A stretch of 59,076 nucleotides of DNA from Eubacteriales bacterium (GTDB lineage Bacteria > Bacillota > Clostridia > Oscillospirales > CAG-382). Made by a program: the position numbers and the translations under genes. The notes under the pieces are model-generated. The model was not told where the DNA came from and did not search any database. It worked only from the letters and a program-made list of their open reading frames with translations. The DNA is taken from the NCBI GenBank assembly GCA_045651025.1, contig JAZRRU010000078.1, positions 1 through 59,076 of the forward strand, read 5' to 3'. Positions 33,839-45,600 of this stretch are shown in pieces (position 1 is the stretch's first letter; the number at the start of each line of letters is the position of its first letter).

Positions 33839-34657
33839 TTGGAAAAGTCACGTTCCGACAATGAAATAAAAATTCTTGCCGTGGGTGACGTTTTCGGAGC
33901 TCACGGACTTGAGTTTGTTAGGAAGAATCTCCGCAGGATAAAAAACCTCGAGCAGGCGGACCTCGTTATCGTCAATGCCGAGAACGTCTGTGACGGAAGC
34001 GGACTCGACCGACCGAGCGCAGAACTTCTTTTTGAGAGTGGTGCCGACGTTCTTACGGGCGGGAACCATTCCTTCCGAAGATATGCGATCTTCGATCTGC
34101 TTGAAGACGAGGAGTGCGTTTTGCGTCCTCTTAACTTTCCGCCGAGCTCTCCCGGAAACGGCTATTGCATCGTACCTGTGAAAAACGGGTTGCGCGCGTT
34201 GGTCATCTCGGTCTGCGGTCAGGTGTTTATGGACCCCGTTGATTCGCCCTTTACTTGCGTCGAGCGAGTGCTTGAGCGCGAAAAAGGAAATTACGACTTC
34301 GCGATATGCGATTTCCACGCCGAGGCAACGAGCGAAAAGCAGGCGTTTTCTCATATCTTTGACGGCAGGATTCAGATCGTTTTCGGTACTCATACCCACG
34401 TTCAGACCGCGGACGAGCGTCTTACTCCGCGAGGAGGCGCTTATATAAGCGATATCGGAATGTGCGGAAGCGAGGATTCGATAATCGGCGTTTCCTATGA
34501 GACTGCGACCTCAAGATTCACAAAAAACGTTCGTATGAAGGGTATTCCCGAAAAGAAGAATATCGCGCTTTGCGGTGCGGTGTTCACGCTCGACGGAAGC
34601 ACGCTCTATTGCACGGACGTAAAAAGAATAAAATATAATGAAGGAAATTTGAAATGA
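33839..34657 (+). CDS. ymdB: YmdB-family metallophosphoesterase (2',3'-cyclic-nucleotide phosphodiesterase, TIGR00282 type)
   Basis: Motifs IKILAVGDVFG, VNAENV..GSG, GGNH and DFHAEATSEK; rny-ymdB synteny matches B. subtilis. The start is uncertain. I prefer TTG 33839 (AGGA upstream) because the listed N-terminal extension (33719-33838) runs through an intergenic hairpin (gggagggcg-ataa-cgccctccc, 33762-33786). Confidence 0.8.
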   Translation: MEKSRSDNEIKILAVGDVFGAHGLEFVRKNLRRIKNLEQADLVIVNAENVCDGSGLDRPSAELLFESGADVLTGGNHSFRRYAIFDLLEDEECVLRPLNFPPSSPGNGYCIVPVKNGLRALVISVCGQVFMDPVDSPFTCVERVLEREKGNYDFAICDFHAEATSEKQAFSHIFDGRIQIVFGTHTHVQTADERLTPRGGAYISDIGMCGSEDSIIGVSYETATSRFTKNVRMKGIPEKKNIALCGAVFTLDGSTLYCTDVKRIKYNEGNLK

Positions 34658-35010
34658 ACACGTTAATGATGTTTTTCGAAGAAGTACAGCCGAACCCCGC
34701 TTCTACGTTCGCGCCGATTCTTATGATCGGTATGCTCGCGATCGTTTTCTACTTCTTCATCTACCGTCCCCAGAAAAAACAGGAAAAAGAAACCGCAGAT
34801 ATGCGCAACTCGATCGAGCTCGGCGACGTTATCGTTACCGCAGGCGGTATCATCGGTATGGTCGTTAAGATAAAGGACGACATGATCCTCATCGAGACGA
34901 GCGGCGACAGAACGAAGATCCAGCTCCAGAAATGGGCGATCCACTCTGTTCTCGAGCGCGCAAACGAAGGCATGGTCGAAGACAAGAAAGACAAGAAAGA
35001 AAAGAAATAA
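34654..35010 (+). CDS. yajC: Preprotein translocase subunit YajC
   Basis: The YajC signature is present: a TM helix, then YRPQKKQ ... GDVIVTAGGIIGMVVKI. The ATGA overlaps the ymdB stop. Confidence 0.9.
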   Translation: MNTLMMFFEEVQPNPASTFAPILMIGMLAIVFYFFIYRPQKKQEKETADMRNSIELGDVIVTAGGIIGMVVKIKDDMILIETSGDRTKIQLQKWAIHSVLERANEGMVEDKKDKKEKK

Positions 35011-35016
35011 AAAATA

Positions 35017-35048
35017 CGGAGCTGTTCCTCGGATCAGCTCCGATTTTT
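35017..35048 (+). terminator. Rho-independent terminator after yajC
   Basis: Stem cggagctg-N10-cagctccg followed by ATTTTT. Confidence 0.7.
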
Positions 35049-35102
35049 CGGGGTCCCCAAGAAGTTGTCAGACTTCTCGGGGTAATTTAAGGAGAAAATA
35101 AA

Positions 35103-36326
35103 ATGAAGAAATCACTGAAAAGAAAATACGCGCGCCTTCTCATAAAAAGCGGCGTGAATATCCAAAAAGGTCAGCAACTCAACATTATGACCGACGTCGA
35201 GGCGGCGGATTTCGTCGAGATTCTCGCCGAGGAAGCGTACCGCGCAGGCGCAGGCAAGGTTCAGGTCGACTGGTCCTCGACCGAGCTCACGAAGCTCTCT
35301 TACCGTCACCGTACCATGCGTTCGCTTTGCGATATTCCTGCTTGGCAGGTCGAAAAGGCAAAGCATGAGTCCGAGATTCTTCCTGCAAGAATCCGCCTTA
35401 TCTGCGAAGACCCCGACGGACTCAAGACAGTCAACAAAGAAAAGCTCAACCGCGCAAACATCGCGGCCTCGAAGCTACTCAAGCCCTATCGCGACGCGAT
35501 GGATAACAAGCACCAGTGGCTCGTCTGTGCGATTCCCGGAAAAGCATGGGCGAAGAAGGTGTTCCCCGGCGAACGCACGAGCGTTGCCGTTGAAAAGCTC
35601 TGGGATTCGATACTCAAAACCGTCCTCTGCGACGAAACGAACGATTCGATCGCCGCTTGGAACGAGAAAAACGAAAGCTTCCGCGAAAAATGCGATTGGC
35701 TCAACGGCATGAACTTCGATTATCTCCACTTCAAGTCCGAAAACGGAACCGACTTCAAATGCGAGCTTATGAAAGAAAGCGTCTGGTGCGGCGGCGGCGA
35801 GAAAACTCTCGCGGGCGTTTACTTCAATCCGAACATGCCGACCGAGGAGATATTCACGACTCCGATGAAAGGCAAATGTGAGGGTCGTCTCGTTTCTGCG
35901 ATGCCGCTCTCTGTAAGAGGAACGCTCATCGAGAACTTCTGGATCGACTTCGAGGACGGACGTGCTGTCGCTTGGCACGCCGAAAAGGGCGAGGAAGCGC
36001 TCGGAAAGATAATCACGACCGACGAGGGAAGCCGTATGCTCGGCGAGCTCGCGCTCGTTCCGAAGGATTCCCCGATCGCGGAAAGCGGACTTATTTATTA
36101 CAACACGCTTTTCGACGAGAATGCATCCTGCCACGTTGCGCTCGGCATGGGCTACACGGGTTGCGTAAAGGGATTTGAGAACATGACCCTCGATCAGCTT
36201 CACGAGCTCGGCGTAAACGACTCGATGATTCACGTTGACTTTATGGTCGGCTCGAAGGATTTCACCGTCACGGGTTATAAAGAAGGAAAAGCAACTCCTA
36301 TCTTCATCGACGGCAAGTGGGCGTGA
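35103..36326 (+). CDS. Aminopeptidase, peptidase family M29 (AmpS/PepS type)
   Basis: YARLLIKSGVNIQKGQ N-terminus, EEIFT, TLFDENASCHVALG and HVDFM motifs. RBS AAGGAG. Confidence 0.85.
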   Translation: MKKSLKRKYARLLIKSGVNIQKGQQLNIMTDVEAADFVEILAEEAYRAGAGKVQVDWSSTELTKLSYRHRTMRSLCDIPAWQVEKAKHESEILPARIRLICEDPDGLKTVNKEKLNRANIAASKLLKPYRDAMDNKHQWLVCAIPGKAWAKKVFPGERTSVAVEKLWDSILKTVLCDETNDSIAAWNEKNESFREKCDWLNGMNFDYLHFKSENGTDFKCELMKESVWCGGGEKTLAGVYFNPNMPTEEIFTTPMKGKCEGRLVSAMPLSVRGTLIENFWIDFEDGRAVAWHAEKGEEALGKIITTDEGSRMLGELALVPKDSPIAESGLIYYNTLFDENASCHVALGMGYTGCVKGFENMTLDQLHELGVNDSMIHVDFMVGSKDFTVTGYKEGKATPIFIDGKWA

Positions 36327-36357
36327 GTGTAAGCATAACAACGCGGAACGTTCAAAT

Positions 36358-36389
36358 AAAAAAACGGGCTCAATCGAGTCCGTTTTTTA
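36358..36389 (+). terminator. Rho-independent terminator
   Basis: Stem acgggctc-aatc-gagtccgt (one mismatch) followed by T6. Confidence 0.7.
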
Positions 36390-36576
36390 TTTGTGCGTCG
36401 CGTTGCTCCAAAAACGCCTTCAAAAAATGTTAACAAATCGTTAATTTTTCGCGCAGTACAACCTGTTGTGTTGTGTTTTCGGTATAGGCACAAAAACCGC
36501 AAAATATTGCGAAAAACGTGCGGAAATCCCAGGAAATAAATGGCGAGATATATACAATAAAAGTTCCTGAAAAACC

Positions 36577-36605
36577 TTGACATTCAAAAACATTTGGAGT
36601 ATACT
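36577..36605 (+). promoter_or_regulatory. Promoter TTGACA-17-TATACT for the giant gene
   Basis: Hexamers at 36577-36582 and 36600-36605. RBS AAAAGGAG at ~36660 and GTG start at 36678. Confidence 0.6.
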
Positions 36606-36677
36606 CATTTTGAATAGGTTTATCCTGTTCTTACTATCGAAATAAAAAAAGATAACATAAAAAAGGAGCAAATTATC

Positions 36678-39600
36678 GTGAAAAGAACACTTGCTTTAGC
36701 GTTGGCTTTGATCATGCTCGTTACCATGATCCCTGCCACGATGCTCTCCGCGTTCGCACGTGGTAAAGGTGTGTATGCAAATACTACCGAAAACCAGCTG
36801 ATCGACCGCGCGGACGGCCAGTATATTCCCGAAACTGTCGTTGTTGACGGCGTTTTGGATGATACCGGCTGGCGAGAGGATGACTGGAACCGTGTAAGTT
36901 CCGAAAACGGAACCTGGAACGTCCAGTATCCCGAGAAAGACCTTGGTTTTTCTTACAAATACAACATAAGAAAGGATTACTACTACCTTTACGGCGCGTT
37001 GTCTGTTCCCACGAACACGACGGGTCTTGTTACCGTTTGGTTGAACGACGGTACTGAAGTCGGTGAATATACCGACGTCTTTACGTTCGACATCACGGGC
37101 GAGGCGCTTTCTGACGGCGTTGCTGCATACGAAGGTAACGGTAAATGGACTCGTAAGACTGCGGGCGGTGCTGTCATCACGGATAGCTCCGAATATTTCT
37201 ATGAGCAGTCGAAGGTCGTCTTCAAGCAGGACGGCGAGAATACGGTAATCGAGTTCAAATCTCTCCTCGCGGACTTCTGCCCCGCGAAGAATCCTACCGT
37301 TAAATATTTCGTTTCGGTTGATGTTAAGGGTAGTGACGAATCCCTCTATCACCCGATGATCGATATCAAAGAGCCCGATGGTTACAATCGTGACTCTTAT
37401 TTCCCTGCGCTCAATAAGCCCGATTCTTGGCCCTCCAAGTACGCGGGCAAGATCGACGCTGACGATATCATGGGTATCGGCGACGATTCGTTCCCCTCTG
37501 CGGTTACTATCGACGGCAAGTTCGACGAAGCGACCTGGGCAATGCATACCGACTTCTACAGCAGATGGTATGAAAGAACGAACCTTCCTAACTATAAGGA
37601 TAACGTAGACTACAATAAGCCCTACGCCGACCTTACCTATAACTCGCTTCCTTACAGCGATTATTACCAGACGGGCGCAGAGCATGACGTTCGCGTTGCA
37701 GACGACTACATCTACGGTGCATCCCTCGTTCTTAACAGCTATGGCGATGGAGTTGCGTACGTACGTTTCAACCTCTATGACGATCTTGGTAACGGTCAGT
37801 ACAACCAGGTTTCTATCTACCTTGCAGGTAACGGAAACAATCTTTCGAGCGCTATCGCTACCTGGTTTACGGGTGGTGCGGAAAATGCAACTGCAGGATC
37901 GTTCTGGAACATCGGCATGGATGCAGGTACCGTTACCGTAGGTGCAAATCTTTACTCCTTTGAGTTCAGAATCGACAGATCGTTCGGTCGCGGATTCATT
38001 CCCGACTACTATGACTTCTCTGTTGCAGTAAACACCAACGGTAGATACTGGGGCTGTGCAAACGAGAGCAACGACGGTAATAATGAGACCGCAGATAACA
38101 CCGGCGGTTACAAAGAACACCATCCTCCGTACGCAAACAGTGCGGACGAAATCGCTGCGCTCAAGAGATCTTACTATCCTGTTCACCACTTCAGCAATGC
38201 TCTCGGCGAGTTCTATAAACCCTACACGACCTACACTCCCGACGGTTACCTCGGCGTAAAAGCATGGCCGGGCTTGACCTTCTCGGCAGGCGGACCTGTC
38301 AGCGGTGACTGGATCTCTAAGGATAACTCGAGCCGTGTTGACGGTGTTCATTACATGCACTCTCTCCGCGCTGACTACGAGTTCGTTTACGGTGCTTTCC
38401 ACGTTCAGTTCGACAAAGAAAAGCTCAGCGGTAAAAACTCGGAATGGAAGCACGGTACGAAGGAACACCCCGCGGGCGGTGACGTGTTCTCTCTTTGGAT
38501 AGCGAACCCGAAGGATACCTCTTATGCTCACATCATCCGTTATGACGTTTGGACCTACATTGACGAGAATGGAAAGGTTCAGGCGCGTATCGGCGGTTAT
38601 AACGGCAGAAACAACGACGTTGGCGGCGTTGGCTCTTACGGTTACAGAGACAACTACAAAGCGGCGTTTGTTGACAGAAGCGAGGAAGACGGTACTTACG
38701 CGTTTGAATACCGCATCCCGCTCAACTCGATAGGTATCGAGCTTAACATCAACGAAGATACAACCGAGAAAGCAACTGACTCTCAATCGACCGAGATATT
38801 CAAGTATTACACTTCGCTTTCTGTTGTTGCTCCTGATAATACCAGCACCAACAAAGACGAGGTTAAATACGCTGCAATTTCTTGGCCTAAGTCGGGTAAC
38901 CATTATACCGACTCTGCGACCGGCGCTACCTACAACGTCTATCCCGACGGCTGGGGAACTCCTTTTGCAAAGACCACCATCGGTACTTACAACAACTTCG
39001 GCTTCAACGCAGCTGCTACTGCGATGGTTCTCAGATATCAGGACGTTATCCGTTCGATCGAGCCCGATGGACGTATCGTTGAAGAACAGCGTCTTGATCT
39101 CGATCATATCGACTGGACTAACGCTGAATACCGCGAAGCGCCCGTTTACGGCGAACCTATCGGCGGTTATGAGAAGTTCTACGTTGGCTCTGAAAACGTA
39201 TATCTCTGTGCACGTATTGACGGCGACGTTTCCGCATACAACACGAGATTCATTTTCTGGGCAAAGAACAGCGCAAACGAAATTCATAAGTATGAATTCT
39301 ACTATGACGGCGCGAACTGCAAGCTCGCGATCGACGGCGTAACTCAGAGTGCAGACCGTACGTTGTATCAGTATGACGTAACCAGCACGAACGGTGCGAC
39401 CAGCTTCGAAGCAATTATCGACATCGATACCTTCGGCGGCAGAGACGGATTTGAATACTTCCTCGAAATTCAGCAGAAGACCGAGAAGGAAGTTCTCAAC
39501 CGCGTATCTCCGAAGATCGAGCTTCCCGAGATTGCCAACTATGCGTCGAACATCAACTCCGTAAACGCATGGTATACCAACGCAGGCACCGTTAAGGACC

Positions 39601-42600
39601 TCATCCACTTCCCCCGTGAAGAAATCACGGTTGACGGTGACCTTAACGACAACGGTTGGGACAAGAACGAATGGATCTACGTTTCGACCGACATCAACGC
39701 GAACATGCAGGAAACAGGTCTTATCAACACTCTCTTCAAGACCGACTTCTGGTATCAGATCCGTGTAGATGACGAAAACATGTACGTTGCAGCGGTTATC
39801 AACTACTCCGATTCTCTTGATCCGGCTGACGGCGTTACTCCGCTTGCTGCTACAAAGGAAAACATCATCGCTCAGCTTCCCGGCTTCCGTATCTGGCTCA
39901 AGAGCGGTAACAACGGTTCGAGCGTTGCGAACGGTGATTCCAACACCTATACTCAGTACTATGACATAAGGTTGAACGCAAAAGGCGAAGTTCAACTCCG
40001 CTCTGACGTCAACCTTCTCCCCACTTACGCAAACAACACCCGTCCTCTTTACAACAAATATTACGTTCCCGTTACTCCCGCCAAGGACGAAAACGGAAAG
40101 TATATCACGGACGCAAACGGCAAGTATATCTATACTTCCGCAACCAGCACGAGCGATCCTGTTGTAGACACAATAAAAACGCTTTTAGACGGTGAAACCG
40201 ATCTTTACGGTTACACCAAGTACATCATCGACGAAAGCGAAGCAAACAAGAACGGTACCGAGAGCCAGGTTCTCAAGGGTGAGGAAATCAACCCCGAAGA
40301 CTATGAGTCTGCAGGCATGCTCGCGGGCAAAAAAGAAGGCGTTGAAGCAGGTATCATGCGTTTCGGTAACGATGCCGGCTATATCAACTCCTTCAACAAC
40401 GGTAGACCTCAGACTCTTACCGAAAGCTCGACCGTAGTTGAATTTAAGGTTGGTCTCGACGAGTTTGGCGGACACGAACAGTTCCAGTATCTCGTTACCA
40501 GCTCCTGCCAGGCGGATTGGGGCGGATCGAGAACCACGATGTACCCCGCAATTACCTCCGAGGTCGACTCTACCGACTCTTACTTCCACTATTACTATCC
40601 TTACTGGCACTGGGAAGACGGCACCGCAATCACGATGACCGAATCTCTCCGTGCTGACTGCACTCTTCTTACCTACAAGCGCCCCGTTATCACTCTCGGT
40701 GCAAAGGTAAGCAAGACTTATATGTACCAAGGCAAAGAAGTTAGCGCTTTGCGTATGGGCGGCCTTTGGGAAGAACAGTACATACGTAAGGTAAAAGAAC
40801 TCGCGGCAACGGAAAACAACAAAGAAGGTTACGTTGCATCGACGGGTAACTATACCGACTATTGGGACGTCAAGGAAATGGGTATGATCGTTCTCCCGAC
40901 GTACCTTGTTGGCGAGAACAAGAAAAACGACGTTGAGCATCAGGGCAAGTATGATCTCTTCCGAGACAGCGCCCGTATCCAGTGGAGAGATGCCGACGGT
41001 ATAGTTAGATGGGCGGGTAATGATGAAATAAATTATCCGAACAGTAACTTCGCTGACTACAAGAACTTTGCGTTCTACGTAACTCTCGTTAAGATCCCGA
41101 CGGATGTGAATATGTGCTTCCGCGGATTTGTTAACTATTATGACACGCCCAACGGCGCACCCTCTTACTATGACGTTATCTTCGAAAGAAGTATCGACAT
41201 GGTTATCGATGCTGCAAAACGCACGGATGACGATGATGAGGGCGAGGAAGATAACGAGCTTCCCGGCGGCGAATTCTCGCGTGATGACGAAAGCGGATTT
41301 ACCGGAACCGACGGCTCCGATTACGAAACCTCTCGCGATGAATCCGACGAATCTGACGAATCCGACGAATCCGACGTTTCCGAGGACGTAGGTTATATCG
41401 TTGACGAAAACGGCGTTGCGCTCGATATTGCGTTCCCGACGCATTACTACGAAGGTTACAAGTCGCTCGTTTATGCTGATATTAACGGTCTCGGCTATTC
41501 TGTAACGAACTTCCACGAAACTTATCGTTCCGATGACCAGACCTACTTCCGTCAACTCTATCTCGTAAAAGATGGCGACGGACACTTTGAGGTAATGAAC
41601 ATTTCCGAACCCGGCGATACGTCGTATCTCGGCTGGTCGGTCGGTAAGGACGTTATGGTTGTTTCGGTTCACGAAAACCATCCGAACTTTTCAACCTTTG
41701 CATCGTATCAGAAGGGCGATCACCTCAAGCTCAGCGGTGCAAGCGACTTCGATACGATCGCAGGAACAGGCGAGGATGCAGAAATTTCCGCAACCCTCAA
41801 CAAGGTTATCGCATGTAACCACTCTGCGGGCTTCTCCGAAGCAACCTGTACCGAAGCTGCAAGATGTAAGACCTGCGGTAAGGAAGACGGTGCACCTCTC
41901 GGACACGACTATCCGATCGGCGCAAAGCCCACCTGTACCGAATCCGTTAAGTGTTCTCGTTGTGGTTATGAAAGAGACGCAGCTCTCGGACATGCCGCTT
42001 CCGAATACAAGCACGATTCCGAAAAGCATTGGAAGGTTTGTGAACGCGTAATCGACGGTGTCGTTTGCGGTGCAACGTTTGATTCCGCAACTCATACCTT
42101 CGTTGACGGTAAGTGCGAATGCGGATATGAATGCACGCACACCGACACTCTCGTTAAGGTTGAAGCAAACGCTCCCACCTGTACCGAAGACGGTAATATC
42201 GAATACTACAGATGCTCTGTTTGCGGATGTCTCTATGACGACGCTGACGGCACGAATAAACTCACCGCAGAAGACGTTGTTGATCCTGCACATGGACACG
42301 AGTATAACAACGACGGCGTAAACTGCGATCACTGCGGCAAGTCGAAGAATCTCCCGATCCAGATAACGATCGCACAGCCCACGATTGATTACGGTCCGAG
42401 CTATAAGAACAGCGTTCAGATCTTCGCTTGGACATCCGGTAGCCAGCAGATTCGTGCATATACTTACAAAGATACAGATGACACCTCGACTTACTATCCG
42501 TACACGGATACCTATTCGAGCGCAGCAGAAAACGGTCCTTGGACCCTCATCGCTCTCGATAAGGTCGAAAGCGAATATATCGGCGTTGACGGCGGTACTT

Positions 42601-45600
42601 GGGCAGTAACTGCTATTGACACGACCGGCTCTGCTTACATGGACGACACAAGCTTCTGGTGGGCAGGCGTTAAGACTACCGATGGTGTGACCACCGAAAG
42701 AATGGTTGTCGCAATTCCTCAGAACCTTCTTACCGACACCACCTACGGCTACGTTAAGGATCTCGCTCTCGGAACGAAGCTCGTTTGGGCTGAAGGCGAA
42801 GGAAATATTGACGGAACTGTCAAAAAGTACTCTGAAGCAGGCGGATCCGCTTCTGACTACATGATGAACGCTTCGCTCAAGCTCGCATGTACTCACGAAA
42901 AGAAGAACGCAGCTACTTGCGAAAAACCCGAGACCTGCGTTGCTTGTGGTGAAGAAACCGCACCCGCTCTCGGTCACTCCTACACCACCTACGTTTCCGA
43001 CGGCAACGCAACCTGCGGAGTTGACGGAACGAAGACCGCAACTTGTGACAACAACTGCGGTACCAAGTCCACTATTGAAGACGAAGGTTCTGCAAAAGAA
43101 CACGTTTATAACTACGTATCCGACGGCAACGCAAAATGCGACGTCGACGGTACGAAGAGTGCATACTGTGCAAACGGTTGCGGTAGTAAATCTACCGTAC
43201 CCGACGAGGGCTCTGCGCTCCAGCACGTTGAAGGTGAACCCGTTTATAACGGCGATGCAACCTGTAACGCTGACGGTACTTACACAATCAGCTGTACGCT
43301 CTGCGGACAGTCCAGATCTGTCACCGCAGTTGGAACTCAGCTCTCGCACAGCTTCACTAAATTCTACAACGACAACAACGCAACCTGTACGGGTGATGCT
43401 ACCGAAACCGCAACCTGCGATCACGGATGCGGAGCGAAGCAGACCAACACCCTCACCGGCACGGCTCTCGGTCACGAATTCGGCGCGGGCTGGTCGAAGA
43501 ACGAAGAAGGACATTTCCACAAGTGCGTACGTTGCCCTGAAATCAGCGATGAAGGCGTTATCCCCCATAACTTTGAGCTTCAGGCAGACGGCGTAAACGA
43601 AAAATGTACTGATTGCGGTTACGAAAAGAACCACGTTCATTTCTTCGGCGAAGTTGTTGATCAGATCGATCCTACCTGTACCGCTAACGGTCAGAAGGCA
43701 TACTATGTCTGCTCCAGCTGCGGTAACTGGTTCAACGGCAACGATGCAAGTGCAGACGGCTTTGCTGAATATGAAGGCAAGGCGATGGATCAGGATATCA
43801 TCCTCGCTGCACTCGGTCATAGCTTCACTACCTACGTATCCGACGGTAACGCTAAGTGCGAAACCGACGGTACAAAGACCGCTGAGTGTGACAACGGATG
43901 CGGCGAAACCAAAACCGTAACCGATGTCGGCTCGAAGACCGGTCACAGCTTCACCCAATATAAGTCGAACAACGACGCAACCTGTACCAAAAACGGTACC
44001 GAAACCGCGATCTGTGACAACTGTGATGAGTTCAACGTCCGTGAAGAAGTTGACTCGGCAAAGGGTCACAGCTTCAAGAACTACGTATCCGACGGCAACG
44101 CAACCTGCGAAGCTGACGGTACGAAGACTGCTGAGTGTGAAAACGGATGCGGCGAAACCAACACTATTGCTGACGACGAGTCCGCACTCGGTCACAGCTT
44201 TACGGTATACACGTCTAACGGCGATGCAACCTGTACCAAAAACGGTACTGAAACCGCGAACTGCGACCGCGAATGTGGCGAAACTCACACTCGTGAAGAT
44301 GATGAATCCGCACTCGGTCACAGCTTCACCAACTACGCACCCAACAGCGACGCAACCTGTACCGAAAACGGTACTGAAACCGCTAACTGCGACCGCGAAT
44401 GTGGCGAAACTCATACTCGTGAAGACGATCAATCCGCTCTCGGTCACAATATGGCTCCTGCGACCTGTACCGAACCTTCGAAGTGTCAGCGCGACGATTG
44501 CGACCACACCGAAGGCGAAGCACTCGGACACAGCTTCACCACCTACGAATCCGACAATAACGCTAAGTGCGAAGTTGACGGTACTGAAACCGCTAAGTGC
44601 GACCGCGAATGTGGCGAAACTCACACTCGTGAAGATGAAGGTTCCGCACTTACTCACGAATTTACTAACTACGTAACCTCCAAAGAAGCAACCTGTACCG
44701 AAAACGAAGAAGTAACCGGCACCTGTAAGCACGGTTGCGGAACCACCGATACCAAGGTTGTTGAAAACTCTGCTCTCGATCACGAATGGACCGAAGCAAC
44801 CTGTACCGAACTTTCGAAGTGCGAGCGTTGCGGCGAAACCACCGGCGAATTGAAAGAGCATAACATCGTAAACGGCAAGTGTACCGTCTGCGGACTTGGC
44901 GACAAGACCGTTGCATACGTACCGCTTGACCAGCGTCCCGTTAACCTTGACAGAGTTGAATATCTCGCGGGCTCTGCTGACTTCGAAATCAGAACTCCTG
45001 CTTTTGAAGATATCGTAACCTGGATGGATACGAACGTCGATGCTCGCGGCGGCACTGCTCACGGCGGTAACCCCGTAAACATTCTTGCATGGCTCAAACA
45101 GCAGGAAAAAGAAGGCGTTAACAACTACGTCATCTCGCTTGACCAGGCACTCTCCGGCGGTCTTGTAGAATCCCGCCGTCAGACCGGTTACCACAGCGCA
45201 AGCGATTGGGGTGTTACAACCACCACGTTTGAGGGCTCTGCAGAACAGGCGATGATCAACTTCATTGCTGAACTCGCAAGCAATCCTCAGAACAAGGTCG
45301 TTCTCGTTGAAACCGTTATGCGTCTCGCTCCTGAGACCGAATATAAGGGCTTCAACGGAAATATGTACGAAGCATTCCGTCAGTACGGCGAAATCCAGAG
45401 ACAGGAATTCTCCGCTGACTCGATGACCATCGGTCAGGCAACGATCGATAAGATATACGATGCATACGGTAAGGACGCAAACGGCGCTACTCTCGGCACC
45501 ACGTACAACGGCATCAACGTTGCTACGAATAGCGGCTATACCAGCGCAGACTTCTTCAATGCTCGTAAGCGTAAGCTCGAGTTGATGACTGCTCTCGTTC

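Noticed and set aside
36696-41681. Minus-strand ORFs of 1099 aa and 498 aa overlapping the 5' third of the giant gene
   Set aside because: Same codon-aligned shadow-ORF explanation. The sense strand carries the signal peptide, domain repeats, promoter and terminator.
43809-44783. 126-nt tandem repeats as a non-coding minisatellite or assembly artefact
   Set aside because: The period is a multiple of 3, it stays in frame, and it conserves the Cys/His positions. It is therefore a coding repeat. Collapse or expansion by the assembler cannot be excluded without reads, as noted in the findings.
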